NCBI GenBank assembly: GCA_034189385.1
Contig: JAXHVD010000012.1
Span: forward strand, 64,001 to 128,000
Length of the DNA stretch: 64,000 nt
Source of the DNA: Thermodesulfobacteriota bacterium
GTDB lineage: Bacteria; Desulfobacterota; Desulfobacteria; Desulfobacterales; C00003060
Direction: 5' to 3'
The notes beneath the pieces were generated by a model, which was given only the letters and a program-made list of their open reading frames with translations, was not told where the DNA came from and ran no database searches. Below, in pieces: positions 30,295-40,504 of this stretch (the first letter of the stretch is position 1; every line of letters begins with the position of its first letter). A program made the translations under genes and the position numbers.

Positions 30295-31138
30295 ATGAAG
30301 GATAAGGCCATTACCACCAATGCTTTGCCTTGTATTTGTCCATACTCCTGAATCAAAGCTCCGCTCGCCCGTTACCATGGCCTAGGAGATGTGGCACGAT
30401 CTACTAGCTTCCCGAGAGTTGGCCTGGCGGCTAATGGTAAGGGATATCAGCGCCCAATACCGGCAGCCGGCAGTCCCTCCTGGGAGTCTTTTGGGCCTTC
30501 TTGCCCCCCATTGCAATGGCCTTGGTCTTTGTCGTCCTGAACAGCCGCAAAGTGATCAACATGGCTGAAACGAATATCCCCTATCCTGCCTTTGCCGTGT
30601 TCGGCACCGTTCTGTGGCAGGTCTTTGTAGACAGCCTCAACGCTCCACTAAAAGTGGTTGCCGCTGCAAAGCCTATGCTGGCCAAGATCAATTTTCCCAA
30701 AGAGGCACTCATACTCTCTGGACTGGGACAGACGCTGTTCAACCTTAGCATCAAGTTGGTGATTCTGATGGTGGTTATCATCCTTTTCAAAATACCCTTA
30801 ACGTGGGGAGTCCCGCTCTCCATACTGGCTATCCTGGACTTGGTCCTTTTGGGTACCATGTTTGGTCTCTTAATTACTCCCGTGGGAGTCCTTTATAAAA
30901 ACATAGCTCAAGGCCTCTCCCTGATCACCGGCCTCTGGTTTTTCGTAACTCCCGGTTGGCCATATTCAATGCCGTAAGCCCAATTCTTGTAGGCGCGAGA
31001 GATCTCGCCACGGAGCGAGTATTGCACAGTCCCATCCCATTTTTCGTGGTCACATGTACAATGCTTGTGGTGCTTTCTATCACCTGGGTGATCTATCGGC
31101 TGGCTATTCCAATTCTGGTTGAGAGGATGAGTGCGTGA
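30295..31138 (+). pseudogene. wzm: degraded ABC polysaccharide permease (wzm-like)
   Basis: TPESKLRSP..*EMWHDLLASRELAWRLMVRDISAQYRQ/SLLGVFWAFLPP...KINFPKEAL; TAG at 30383, 7-bp duplication CCGGCAG at 30460-30473, further frameshifts. Confidence 0.85.
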
Positions 31139-31330
31139 GCCGTAACGAGGTCCCCATGAAGGCAAAGAATGTCTCCAAAAACTTTTGCAGGAGACTGAAG
31201 CGAGCCCTCTGGTACGGTGCGAAGGACTTGACTTCTGAGTTGCTGGGACCCAGCAATAGCAATGCTAAGTTGTGTGATGAGTTTCGGACGGTCAAGAGTA
31301 CACTGATCAAGCTGCTGAATGGCCTGATGA
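31135..31330 (+). pseudogene. wzt: truncated ABC ATPase (wzt-like) remnant
   Basis: KNVSKNFCRRLKRALWYGAKDL...DEF..KSTLIKLLNGL, with the Walker A region deleted. Confidence 0.75.
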
Positions 31331-31399
31331 TATGCAAGCGGGAACTATTCCCGATTGGATGGCTGGGAGAAGCTATCGAACACTCTGATTGATAAAGGT

Positions 31400-32248
31400 A
31401 TGACAAAACCGGATAAAGACAACGCGACTTCGCCGTTCATCCACATTAGGGCCAGGAAGGGTTGGGAACTCATAGACTTCAGCGAGCTGAAGGAATATAG
31501 AGATTTATTCTACTTCCTTGTTCTTAGAGATATCAAAGTAAGGTACAAACAAACTGTACTCGGCGGGTTATGGGCTATCATTAGGCCTTTTTTTTCAATG
31601 GTGGTATTTACCCTTTTTTTTGGAAAACTCGCCAAGATGCCCTCAGACGGCGTTCCCTATCCTGTCTTCAATTATACTGCAATGGTAGCATGGACCTATT
31701 TCGCTGGCGCAGTTAGTGGTGCTGGAAACAGTGTCATAGGAAATGCAAATCTAATCTCCAAGGTATACTTCCCAAGACTGATCATTCCTTCATCACGAGT
31801 CCTGGCAGGCTTGCTGGACTTCTCCATTGCCTTCTTCGTACTAATAGGCATGATGCTCTATTTCCACATCTATCCCACCCCGATGATGCTTTTTGTTCCT
31901 GTTTTAGTTTTTCTGATGATTTTTAGTGCCACCGGCGTCGGTACATTTCTGGCTGCACTAAACACCAAATACAGAGACATCAGATATACTATACCATTTC
32001 TGGTACAACTCTGGATGTTTTCATCGCCCATTGTCTATCCTGTTTCCCTAGTACCTGAGAAGTACCGCCTCTTATATGCTCTAAACCCCATGGCAGGAGT
32101 GATTGAAGGATTTAGATCTGTTTTGTTGGGAACTGTCTCATTTCCTACACATATGCTTCTGATTTCCGCAATTGTCAGCATCACCCTGTTCACACTGGGA
32201 CTATTCTATTTCAAGAGGGTCGAGCGCTATTTTGCGGATATAATCTGA
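31400..32248 (+). CDS. wzm: polysaccharide ABC exporter permease
   Basis: RDIKVRYKQTVLG, KVYFPR, YRDIRY, SPIVYP, LNPMAGVIEGFR, FADII. Confidence 0.95.
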   Translation: MTKPDKDNATSPFIHIRARKGWELIDFSELKEYRDLFYFLVLRDIKVRYKQTVLGGLWAIIRPFFSMVVFTLFFGKLAKMPSDGVPYPVFNYTAMVAWTYFAGAVSGAGNSVIGNANLISKVYFPRLIIPSSRVLAGLLDFSIAFFVLIGMMLYFHIYPTPMMLFVPVLVFLMIFSATGVGTFLAALNTKYRDIRYTIPFLVQLWMFSSPIVYPVSLVPEKYRLLYALNPMAGVIEGFRSVLLGTVSFPTHMLLISAIVSITLFTLGLFYFKRVERYFADII

Positions 32249-32384
32249 CAGAATCAGACAGATGGGAGCATGAGGATCAAAAAAAGGTGGAAAAGACAAC
32301 AGGAAAGATCCCTCTGTTCCACGACATGGAGATTTAGGAGAAGGCAATGGATTCTGCTCCATGCTTATTACAAGGAATTAAAAC

Positions 32385-33740
32385 ATGTCTAACGAAGTTG
32401 TAATATCCGTCCAAAATCTCTCCAAGCGCTACCGGATCGGCGCAAGAGAGAAAGCATCCAACAACTTCCGTGAAGCTCTTGTGGATGGCTTTAAGGCCCC
32501 CATACGCAACTTCAGTCGTCTGAGAAAGCTAACTAAGTTTGAAGATAATATGAGCACAGAAAGCCCTTTGCCCCACCCACGTTCCACTGGGGCCCCACGC
32601 TCTATGCCGTCATCAAAAAGGGATGATATCATTTGGGCCCTCAGAGACATCTCCTTCGAGGTCAAGGAAGGAGAGATTCTTGGCATTATTGGACGAAACG
32701 GGGCTGGAAAGAGCACCCTCCTTAAGATTCTCTCCCGAATCACAGAGCCAACATCGGGCGATGTGAGGCTCTTTGGAAGAGTCGCCACTTTGTTGGAAGT
32801 GGGCACCGGTTTTCATCCCGAGTTGACTGGCCGTGAGAACATTTATCTGAACGGCGCCATCCTAGGCATGAGAAAGGGAGAAATGGACCGCAAGTTTGAC
32901 GAGATTGTTGACTTTGCGGAGATCGATAAATTCCTCGACACCCCGGTTAAGCGATACTCCAGCGGCATGTATGTGCGCCTCGCCTTCGCCGTTGCCGCTC
33001 ACTTGGACCCGGAAATCCTGTTAATTGATGAGGTTCTTGCTGTGGGCGATAGTGCATTCCAAAGAAAATGTCTCGGCAAAATGGATGGTGTGGCGAAGGA
33101 AGGCCGTACAGTCATATTTGTGAGCCATAATATGGGAACAATTCGTTCGTTATGCGCGCGTTCTATTCTGCTAGTAGATGGAACCGTTGCCGCCGATAGT
33201 GCATCGCATCATGTCGTTGACATGTATTTGTCATCCTTTAATGCTCAAAATGCGCCACAAGGAGAAGTCCGCTGGACAGAAGCCGAGCAAGCACCAGGTT
33301 GTGATGAGCTGCGGCTGCGATCTATTCGCCTCCTCACCACAACAGGGGAGGTAAAGAATACGTTTGATGTTGAGAAACCCATCCTCATCGAAATCACATA
33401 CCAAACATATCGCCCCTTGTATGGCATGCGAATCGTCATCCAGCTTCGCACGCAGGAGGGGGAGATCGCCTTTGCATCCACAGATCAATGTCAACGCCCT
33501 GATAAATCAGAGCGCGGGCAATATAGAAGCACTGTCGCCATACCAGGTGGCCTTTTGAATCATATAAGATATTTTCTTCTAGTACAGATCGGCATACCTG
33601 GAGTCCGAGTCCTGGTAAGAGGCCAAGAGTATCTTGTGTTTACCTGTGTCCGCCAAAACTCCAAAAGTTCATATGTTTCAATGACATGGCCTGGAGTTCT
33701 TGCGCCCGATTTGGACTGGTCAATTGAAAAACTGGATTAG
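32385..33740 (+). CDS. wzt: polysaccharide ABC exporter ATPase with C-terminal Wzt_C domain
   Basis: GRNGAGKST, GFHPELTGRENI, YSSGM, DEVLAVGD, VSH; C-terminal beta domain. Confidence 0.95.
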   Translation: MSNEVVISVQNLSKRYRIGAREKASNNFREALVDGFKAPIRNFSRLRKLTKFEDNMSTESPLPHPRSTGAPRSMPSSKRDDIIWALRDISFEVKEGEILGIIGRNGAGKSTLLKILSRITEPTSGDVRLFGRVATLLEVGTGFHPELTGRENIYLNGAILGMRKGEMDRKFDEIVDFAEIDKFLDTPVKRYSSGMYVRLAFAVAAHLDPEILLIDEVLAVGDSAFQRKCLGKMDGVAKEGRTVIFVSHNMGTIRSLCARSILLVDGTVAADSASHHVVDMYLSSFNAQNAPQGEVRWTEAEQAPGCDELRLRSIRLLTTTGEVKNTFDVEKPILIEITYQTYRPLYGMRIVIQLRTQEGEIAFASTDQCQRPDKSERGQYRSTVAIPGGLLNHIRYFLLVQIGIPGVRVLVRGQEYLVFTCVRQNSKSSYVSMTWPGVLAPDLDWSIEKLD

Positions 33741-34587
33741 AACAACGATACCACCTGTAGCTTTTTCAGCTTCCAGATGGATAACCACAAAGTTACAGCG
33801 AATCGAAGTCGCAGATTACCACTTCCTCAAAACATTCAAATATCGAAGTGATGACGTAGTAATCGTATCATACCCTAAATCTGGAAGTAGCTGGCTTCGG
33901 CATATTCTTACACACCTGATCATCGATATGATTCACCAAGCACCACATAACATCGACTTCCTTTGCACACAGAGACTTGTACCTGCCCTTTCCAGCGAAG
34001 CCCAGCGCAAAGGGAAGGCCAATTATGAGGCATTACCATCGCCCCGCATAATGCGCAGCCACTCACTATATTCCAGCAGATTTCCCAAGGTTGTTTATCT
34101 CCTCCGCGACGGCCGTGACGCCTTGGTTTCCTACTACTATCACTTCAGGAAATTCCATGGCTTTGTCGGTGGATTACATGACTTCATACAAACTATATTT
34201 AGGAGCCAACAACAGTGGAGTCAACATGTTGATTCGTGGCTATTCCTAAATCCGTCGCTGTCCAATCTTCATGTGGTCAGATATGAGGACTTGCTTCGCG
34301 ACCCTTTTCCCCAGATAGACGCATTGCTAAAGTTCATCGGACTTAGCCGGACCCCTCGCCAGATCCACCGCGCACTTGAAGCATCCACTTTTGACAAAAT
34401 GAGACACATCGAAGTAACTAAAGGCTTGGGATACGTTAGTGAAGGCAACCGGCAGTTGTATTTTGTCAGAAAGGGAAAGAGTGGTTCTTGGAGAGATGAA
34501 TTCGGACCTGATGAGAAGGATCTCGTCAAGACAATGTATGGAACCGCGCTGATCAAAACAGGCTATGAAAAGTCTTTCCATTGGTAA
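33700..34587 (+). CDS. sulfotransferase (SULT/Sulfotransfer_1 type)
   Basis: YPKSGSSW (5'-PSB), RDGRDALVSYY (3'-PB), RYEDL, RKGKSGSW; start uncertain. Confidence 0.9.
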   Translation: MRPIWTGQLKNWIRTTIPPVAFSASRWITTKLQRIEVADYHFLKTFKYRSDDVVIVSYPKSGSSWLRHILTHLIIDMIHQAPHNIDFLCTQRLVPALSSEAQRKGKANYEALPSPRIMRSHSLYSSRFPKVVYLLRDGRDALVSYYYHFRKFHGFVGGLHDFIQTIFRSQQQWSQHVDSWLFLNPSLSNLHVVRYEDLLRDPFPQIDALLKFIGLSRTPRQIHRALEASTFDKMRHIEVTKGLGYVSEGNRQLYFVRKGKSGSWRDEFGPDEKDLVKTMYGTALIKTGYEKSFHW

Positions 34588-34611
34588 TAGATTGCCTTGT
34601 AGCCCTTTCTT

Positions 34612-35532
34612 TTGGAGAAATTGCTTTTGAGAACGAAGCGACCGATCGCCATTGTAATGGGGATTACTGATGATTGGGCCTTTGCTGCTGCTACAGTGCT
34701 CGTCGCACTTCAGAGGTATAGAATAGCCCATGACTATGATCTCATTATTTATCATCACAATCTCCGACCTAGGAATCAGCGCCTCTTAAATGAAATTCAT
34801 CCCTGCTCTTTTCGAGACTATGACATAACTCTTCTCAATCCTGAGCGATTTTCGCGACTCTCCAGGCTCACTTTTTCCCGCTACGAATGTTTCGCGCTCC
34901 TTCAGACATACTCCAAGGTCCTATGGCTTGATTCAGATATCCTGATTAAGAGCGACATTTCAAACCTGTTTTCTATCGATCAATCTGGAATCGCCATGTA
35001 TAAACATGAACGCATCCCCATAATTGTTAGCTTTTCATCGTCAGTTTCCGGTTTTGACATGACAAAAGACTGTTACAATTCTGGCCTTCTTCTTGTCACT
35101 GATAAGTTAGAAAACCCTCAAGAGCTCAAAGACTGGTGCTATCGTAAGACCAATGAATGGGCAACTTCAATTATGTCCGACCAGGCCATAATCAACTTAA
35201 TGCTCCAGGAGTTTGACTTGACAGTATCACACCTCGATATTACCTTCAACTGTCACCCTGACAAAGAGTCGTGTCACACTGTAATTTTACATCCATGGGG
35301 AAACCGTAAATTTTGGGATGGAAGGATCCATCCTTTATGGGATTATTACTACTTGCAGTGGACAGCTCTAGGCGGTGATGGGCCAATAATTCGGTGGGAC
35401 CCATTGCGCCGCCTCATCATTTTTCGCATGCTTTACAGGGAGCTCACCCTTCGTTGCAAATGTTATCAAAAGCTCGCTAACATTAATGCGCATTTCAGGA
35501 CATTGCTTTCAAGGCTAATTACACCCAAGTGA
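34612..35532 (+). CDS. glycosyltransferase family 8
   Basis: VLWLDSD, YNSGLLLV, DQAIIN, ILH...KFW. Confidence 0.85.
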   Translation: MEKLLLRTKRPIAIVMGITDDWAFAAATVLVALQRYRIAHDYDLIIYHHNLRPRNQRLLNEIHPCSFRDYDITLLNPERFSRLSRLTFSRYECFALLQTYSKVLWLDSDILIKSDISNLFSIDQSGIAMYKHERIPIIVSFSSSVSGFDMTKDCYNSGLLLVTDKLENPQELKDWCYRKTNEWATSIMSDQAIINLMLQEFDLTVSHLDITFNCHPDKESCHTVILHPWGNRKFWDGRIHPLWDYYYLQWTALGGDGPIIRWDPLRRLIIFRMLYRELTLRCKCYQKLANINAHFRTLLSRLITPK

Positions 35533-35568
35533 CTCACTGCCACGCAATATAGCCCTTTTTCGAATGCT

Positions 35569-36501
35569 ATGTACACATCTCCTTTGCGCCCCTTCCGCTA
35601 CCACTTCTTCACCATCTGGGGGAATGCTTTCGCCCATACAGATGCAATTTTGGACATTCTCAGAAGAGAACCCTTTTTGCAGATCCTCAGGATTGAGCTA
35701 GTGTCAATTAGAAATATGACGAAATTCATTTCTGATATATACGGGTGCGATTTTGTCCCTCCTGAGCATTTGAACGCAAAGGTCAAATACCTTTTCACTG
35801 TTAAACCGCAGGCGATACTAGTATTTGTCAAAAACTACAACCCGCAGGAAATGCCTGTTGGCCGCGGTGCATTCCGCAAGCTTCAATGTCAGTACATAAA
35901 TCAGATTAAAATCAACATTAGAAATCAGTATAATCCCCGCCATCCTGATAAAAGCTTCCGAATTCATCCCCTTCATAGGGGTGTTTCGCACGACCATGTC
36001 ATCCATTCCTCTGATTCCGAGGAGCAGGTAGATTACTTTCTAAAGATATTAGGACACAAGAGCGGCGTGCGATATTTGCACGGACATACCGGGAACTTGC
36101 CATTTGAAAAGCCTTATTATTTGCACACCCCCCAAACCTATATATATAGGATAATTATGATAGAAAGACTACAGGCTTTGATCTTGAATGATTCGCATGG
36201 CAAGGCCGTTACTTTGACTCCAACAAGCATTTGTGAGACCCCTCACTATAAAGCGTTAAAGTACGGAACCGATGATTATACGACATATCTTGCCAAATTT
36301 AGGTACACATTATTAACGCAGGATTATTCCTGGAAGCGTTTAAAGAAACTAAATGCCTTGAACATTGATAAAATAAAAGCCTTCGAACGTATAATTGTAA
36401 CGAAAGAACATGATTATTATAAGATATTGGATGGAGTCCATCGTGCTGCTGTGTCTTTGAATCACAACCTAAAGCATGTGAGATGCGTGGAGTTTTGCTA
36501 G
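35569..36501 (+). CDS. hypothetical: NDP-kinase-like N-terminal part + ParB/Srx-like C-terminal part
   Basis: HVIHSSDSEE resembles the NDK phospho-His motif (NxxHGSDS); ILDGVHRAA resembles the ParB/Srx DGxHR motif. Confidence 0.55.
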   Translation: MYTSPLRPFRYHFFTIWGNAFAHTDAILDILRREPFLQILRIELVSIRNMTKFISDIYGCDFVPPEHLNAKVKYLFTVKPQAILVFVKNYNPQEMPVGRGAFRKLQCQYINQIKINIRNQYNPRHPDKSFRIHPLHRGVSHDHVIHSSDSEEQVDYFLKILGHKSGVRYLHGHTGNLPFEKPYYLHTPQTYIYRIIMIERLQALILNDSHGKAVTLTPTSICETPHYKALKYGTDDYTTYLAKFRYTLLTQDYSWKRLKKLNALNIDKIKAFERIIVTKEHDYYKILDGVHRAAVSLNHNLKHVRCVEFC

Positions 36502-36503
36502 TT

Positions 36504-37193
36504 ATGGCTCAGGTAGATCTAATCAAGTTGCTTGCTAATATTGAGGATTATGTATTGATTAAGAAAAGTGCCGAATTTCCTAACTATTCCCTCGGCTCTG
36601 ATGTAGATTTGTTAGTTATGGATAAAGACACGGCCTTGCAAAGAGTTGTTCATTTTTATGAATCACATTTTTCAACAAACGGACAGTTACGTGTGACGGA
36701 CCAGGAGTATCATTGTCACATTGATTTTTTGCTTCACGGCAAATTGAATGTTCGTATTGATTTGCTATACGATTTTGGCTTCTTTACAATGTTTTCAGTG
36801 AAAAGGGGTTTTTTCATCAAGATTTTTAGAGACCGGCGGCTTGTCAAGATTGGAAATAGCTCTGTTTATATTCCCGCCCCGGAAGACGAACTAACGATAC
36901 GTTATTTTGAATATTTGGAGTATTTTGATCGCTATCCAAATAAACTCAAACATCTTGAGTACATCTGCGATGTCAAGGATCAACTGTTAAGGAAGCGCTT
37001 TTTTGAAAACACACACAGGTTTGTTGTTTTCAGTAGGCAGCAATGGAAACAACCATACCATATTTCCCAAAAGCCCAAATCCATAAGGGCCGCTTTGGCC
37101 AATATAAATCTAAATTCGAAGTGCATCATCGCACTGTCTGTTCGGCACCTGTCCTCAAAAGTTGTGACCATATACAGGAATATGTGGCGCTAG
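36504..37193 (+). CDS. pol-beta-superfamily nucleotidyltransferase-like protein
   Basis: DYVLIK...GSDVDLLV...RIDL...VYIPAPEDE; starts 3 bp after the previous stop. Confidence 0.6.
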   Translation: MAQVDLIKLLANIEDYVLIKKSAEFPNYSLGSDVDLLVMDKDTALQRVVHFYESHFSTNGQLRVTDQEYHCHIDFLLHGKLNVRIDLLYDFGFFTMFSVKRGFFIKIFRDRRLVKIGNSSVYIPAPEDELTIRYFEYLEYFDRYPNKLKHLEYICDVKDQLLRKRFFENTHRFVVFSRQQWKQPYHISQKPKSIRAALANINLNSKCIIALSVRHLSSKVVTIYRNMWR

Positions 37194-38072
37194 ATGGTTA
37201 TAGTAAACCTCATGGGAGGCGTTGGCAACCAACTATTCCAATATGCGGCGGGGCGTGCCATTGCCCACCGTAAGAAAGTCCCTTTTAAATTGGATCTTTC
37301 TTGGTTTAAAACGCAGGAACTACGTCGCTACCAGCTTAGCCATTTTAATATCTCCGCAGAAATTGCTACCCAGGCTGAGGTTGACCGTCTAAAAGGTTTT
37401 CATTTATTTGGCCTCCGAAGAAAGATATTTAGGTTGTATCAACACTTTTTGCCCTATTATAAACGCACAGTTTTCAGAGAACGATTCTTTCACTTTGACC
37501 CCAATATTCTTAGGTGTCTTGACCAGGTCTATCTCGTCGGCTTTTGGCAGAGTGAGAAATATTTTGAAGACATTTCAAATTTGATTCGACAAGAGTTTCT
37601 CATGGTTCATAATCAAGATAGCCAGAACCAAAAGACCGCCAACTTAATCAATAACACGGAATCGGTCAGTATTCACGTAAGAAGGGGCGACTATGTATCA
37701 AATCCGAAAATGTCCCAGTTGTTTGCCACTTGTGGGCTTGACCACTATAGGAAAAGCGTATCAATCATTACCAAAAAAGTGTTAAATCCCCATTTTTATA
37801 TTTTTTCAGATGATACCAAGTGGGGAGAACGCAACTTGAGGTTGGACCACCCTACAACTTATGTCAAAAACAACAATGACGAAAAATGTTACGACGATTT
37901 ACATTTGATGACCCTATGCAAACATCATATTATCGCTAATAGCTCCTTTAGTTGGTGGGCGGCTTGGCTCTCTACTAACCCTCGGAAGCTCGTTATCGCT
38001 CCGCAGAAATGGTTTAAAAACGCAACGCACAATACAAAGGATCTTATACCACAGGCCTGGACTCTTATTTGA
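37194..38072 (+). CDS. alpha-1,2-fucosyltransferase (GT11)
   Basis: GGVGNQLFQYA, GFWQSEKYF, HVRRGDYV, FSDD, ANSSFSWWAA. Confidence 0.95.
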   Translation: MVIVNLMGGVGNQLFQYAAGRAIAHRKKVPFKLDLSWFKTQELRRYQLSHFNISAEIATQAEVDRLKGFHLFGLRRKIFRLYQHFLPYYKRTVFRERFFHFDPNILRCLDQVYLVGFWQSEKYFEDISNLIRQEFLMVHNQDSQNQKTANLINNTESVSIHVRRGDYVSNPKMSQLFATCGLDHYRKSVSIITKKVLNPHFYIFSDDTKWGERNLRLDHPTTYVKNNNDEKCYDDLHLMTLCKHHIIANSSFSWWAAWLSTNPRKLVIAPQKWFKNATHNTKDLIPQAWTLI

Positions 38073-38137
38073 GTTCACAGCCAGATCCCCCCGCATTAGA
38101 GACACTGAAGTGCCCACAATGAGCATTTGAAAAAGTT

Positions 38138-39163
38138 ATGCAACGCCCTCATAAATATCAGAGTTCAACCAATACCGTCCCGGAAGTCTCTTTAGGAGGT
38201 AAAGTGCGGCCATCAGGCCATTTGCCTGGCTCCGCGTGCCTTTCTATATCCGCCATTATTTGTACGCACAATAGGGCCCAATACCTTTCAAAGGCTATTG
38301 GAAGCCTTACTCAGCAGACGCTCGACAAATCCCTGTACGAAATCATTATAGTGGACAACTGTTCGACTGACTCTACCAAGGACGTTGTAACGGGTCATTG
38401 CTCTGATGCAATACGACCCCGCTACATTTATGAATCGGCATTAGGACTCTCCCGAGCAAGGAATACTGGATTGGAAGCGGCAAATGGTCAATATGTTGCT
38501 TACTTAGATGACGATGCCATCGCCTGCCGGAATTGGCTGGAAAAGATCGTCAATCTTTTTGATAGCACTCAGCCGAAACTCGGATGCGTTTGTGGCAAGG
38601 TTGAACCAATATGGGAAGCTCCTCGGCCGCCCTGGCTATCGGACAAGGTCGCGGCATCTCTGACAATCGTGGATTGGTCCAATGAACCTGTTGCATTGAG
38701 TAAAGACAAATCGATTGCAGGCGCCAACATGGCCTTTCCCAACAGTGTTCTCACCAGTGTGGGTGGATTTGAAGAAAAACTCGGCAGAAAAGGAAATAAG
38801 TTGTTGTCCATGGAAGAGTTTTTACTACGCCAACAACTTCAATCACTTGGATATTCTTGCCATTATCACCCTGAAATTGCAGTGCGCCATCATGTACCTG
38901 CCTCTCGGCTTAACAAGAGCTGGTTCTTTCGCAGGTTTTATTGGCAAGGTGTTTCCAAGGCAATTGCCCGAGCACATTTCGAATCTATTACCATCCCAAA
39001 GCGCATATCTGTTGCGATATCAGCCGCCAAGAAACTGATGGGATCCCCACTACCCTTGATTGGCCTGGCAGCATCAACGGATGGTCCAGACGACTTTACC
39101 CAAAAATGTTTTACCTTGGCACGGATAGGCTATATTTTCGGTTTGCTGGGTGCAGCAAGATAG
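38138..39163 (+). CDS. glycosyltransferase family 2
   Basis: IICTHNR, VDNCSTD, GLSRARN, YLDDD, GANMAF. Confidence 0.92.
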   Translation: MQRPHKYQSSTNTVPEVSLGGKVRPSGHLPGSACLSISAIICTHNRAQYLSKAIGSLTQQTLDKSLYEIIIVDNCSTDSTKDVVTGHCSDAIRPRYIYESALGLSRARNTGLEAANGQYVAYLDDDAIACRNWLEKIVNLFDSTQPKLGCVCGKVEPIWEAPRPPWLSDKVAASLTIVDWSNEPVALSKDKSIAGANMAFPNSVLTSVGGFEEKLGRKGNKLLSMEEFLLRQQLQSLGYSCHYHPEIAVRHHVPASRLNKSWFFRRFYWQGVSKAIARAHFESITIPKRISVAISAAKKLMGSPLPLIGLAASTDGPDDFTQKCFTLARIGYIFGLLGAAR

Positions 39164-39419
39164 CACCACCTCAGCCCAAGCCGGTGCTTTTGCCTACTAG
39201 ATTGCACCCCGTGCCACCGGCTGAAGCACCCTTGAAGAGTGACAGACACCGGGTACATGGCGAAACGGGAAAATACGTTGGAGGCAGCCTACAGTTTCTT
39301 GATATGACCTACAGCAAGCCAACAAGGCACGGCTGCGAGAAGACTGTCAGCTCAGCGAAAAATTCAGAGGTCAACATTCTCGCATAATTTTCCACTCAAT
39401 TAGGAAGAAGATTACCATA

Positions 39420-40361
39420 TTGGGCTTTCTTTCAGACCTAAAACGCAGGATCAACTTCGTGGACCGTAAGCCGCTCCGAAAACACAGGTTTGATCCTTCC
39501 AAAAGAATGATTGGCATCATGATGATCCGGAACGAAAACGACATATTAAAGGAGACGCTAACTAACATAACGCCAATTTACGATCGCATCTTTGTGCTTG
39601 ATGGTACGGAACCAGACGACGAATTCCATGTCACGAGAGACATTCTGGAGCAGTTTGAAGAGGTAAAGGTTATCCTCAGAGATGCAGACACACCCGGTCC
39701 CTTTCCAATCAGAGATGGTGCTCGGCAGTATCTTCTTCAAAAAGTACGAGAAAACTTTGGCGTCAATAATTGGATTGGAGTTCTCCATGGAGACGAGCTA
39801 TACACCCAGGACCCCCGACCCATCCTCACCAACACTAATCCTTCCATAAGCCCTGTCTTGCAGGTGCGCTTATGCCACTTCTTCCTCCACAAAGATGACC
39901 AAGCGAATTGGGATCACATCCAGTCCTTGCCAGTTGAAGCAAGAATTACTCATTACATGTGGCCAGGGACTCCAGAAGACCGTTTCTTTTTTGATGATGG
40001 CCGAGTCAATTATGACCCATCACGGCACTCCTTAGTCGTCCCTTACGGCCGCAGTCGACGCCGCATTCTTCTCGACGCTTTCGTTATAAAGCAGTATAAT
40101 TATCGTACCCCAGAGCAGGCACTTCAAAGGGCACAGCAAAGGATATCCTCTGCATGGCAGAGAAATCACTACCAGCACATAGCCAAAGAGGAGGCGGTCT
40201 TTGTTCACAGTTTGCACGTCCCGGGTTATGAACCCTGCGGGCACGACAATTTGAAGAAGAAGGATCAGCGTGAATGGAGCAAGGTGCGGTCGACAAGACA
40301 TTTTCCTCTTCCCTCTTTGAACAATCAAAAGACCTCTAGACGAGCCTTCCTCACAAAATAG
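39420..40361 (+). CDS. GT2-like glycosyltransferase
   Basis: MMIRNENDIL, VLDG, WIGVLHGDE, YNYRTPEQ. Confidence 0.7.
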   Translation: MGFLSDLKRRINFVDRKPLRKHRFDPSKRMIGIMMIRNENDILKETLTNITPIYDRIFVLDGTEPDDEFHVTRDILEQFEEVKVILRDADTPGPFPIRDGARQYLLQKVRENFGVNNWIGVLHGDELYTQDPRPILTNTNPSISPVLQVRLCHFFLHKDDQANWDHIQSLPVEARITHYMWPGTPEDRFFFDDGRVNYDPSRHSLVVPYGRSRRRILLDAFVIKQYNYRTPEQALQRAQQRISSAWQRNHYQHIAKEEAVFVHSLHVPGYEPCGHDNLKKKDQREWSKVRSTRHFPLPSLNNQKTSRRAFLTK

Positions 40362-40504
40362 CGCCCTTGCCTCTTGGTTCTCAATGTCATTTTCTTAGCA
40401 CCCACTATAGTTCACTCCAACATCACGGCATCTGCCACTTGACAGTGAAAGCTTTGAATTACCACCTGCGCACCGGCCACTATTACGATAGGTAATCTGC
40501 ATAG

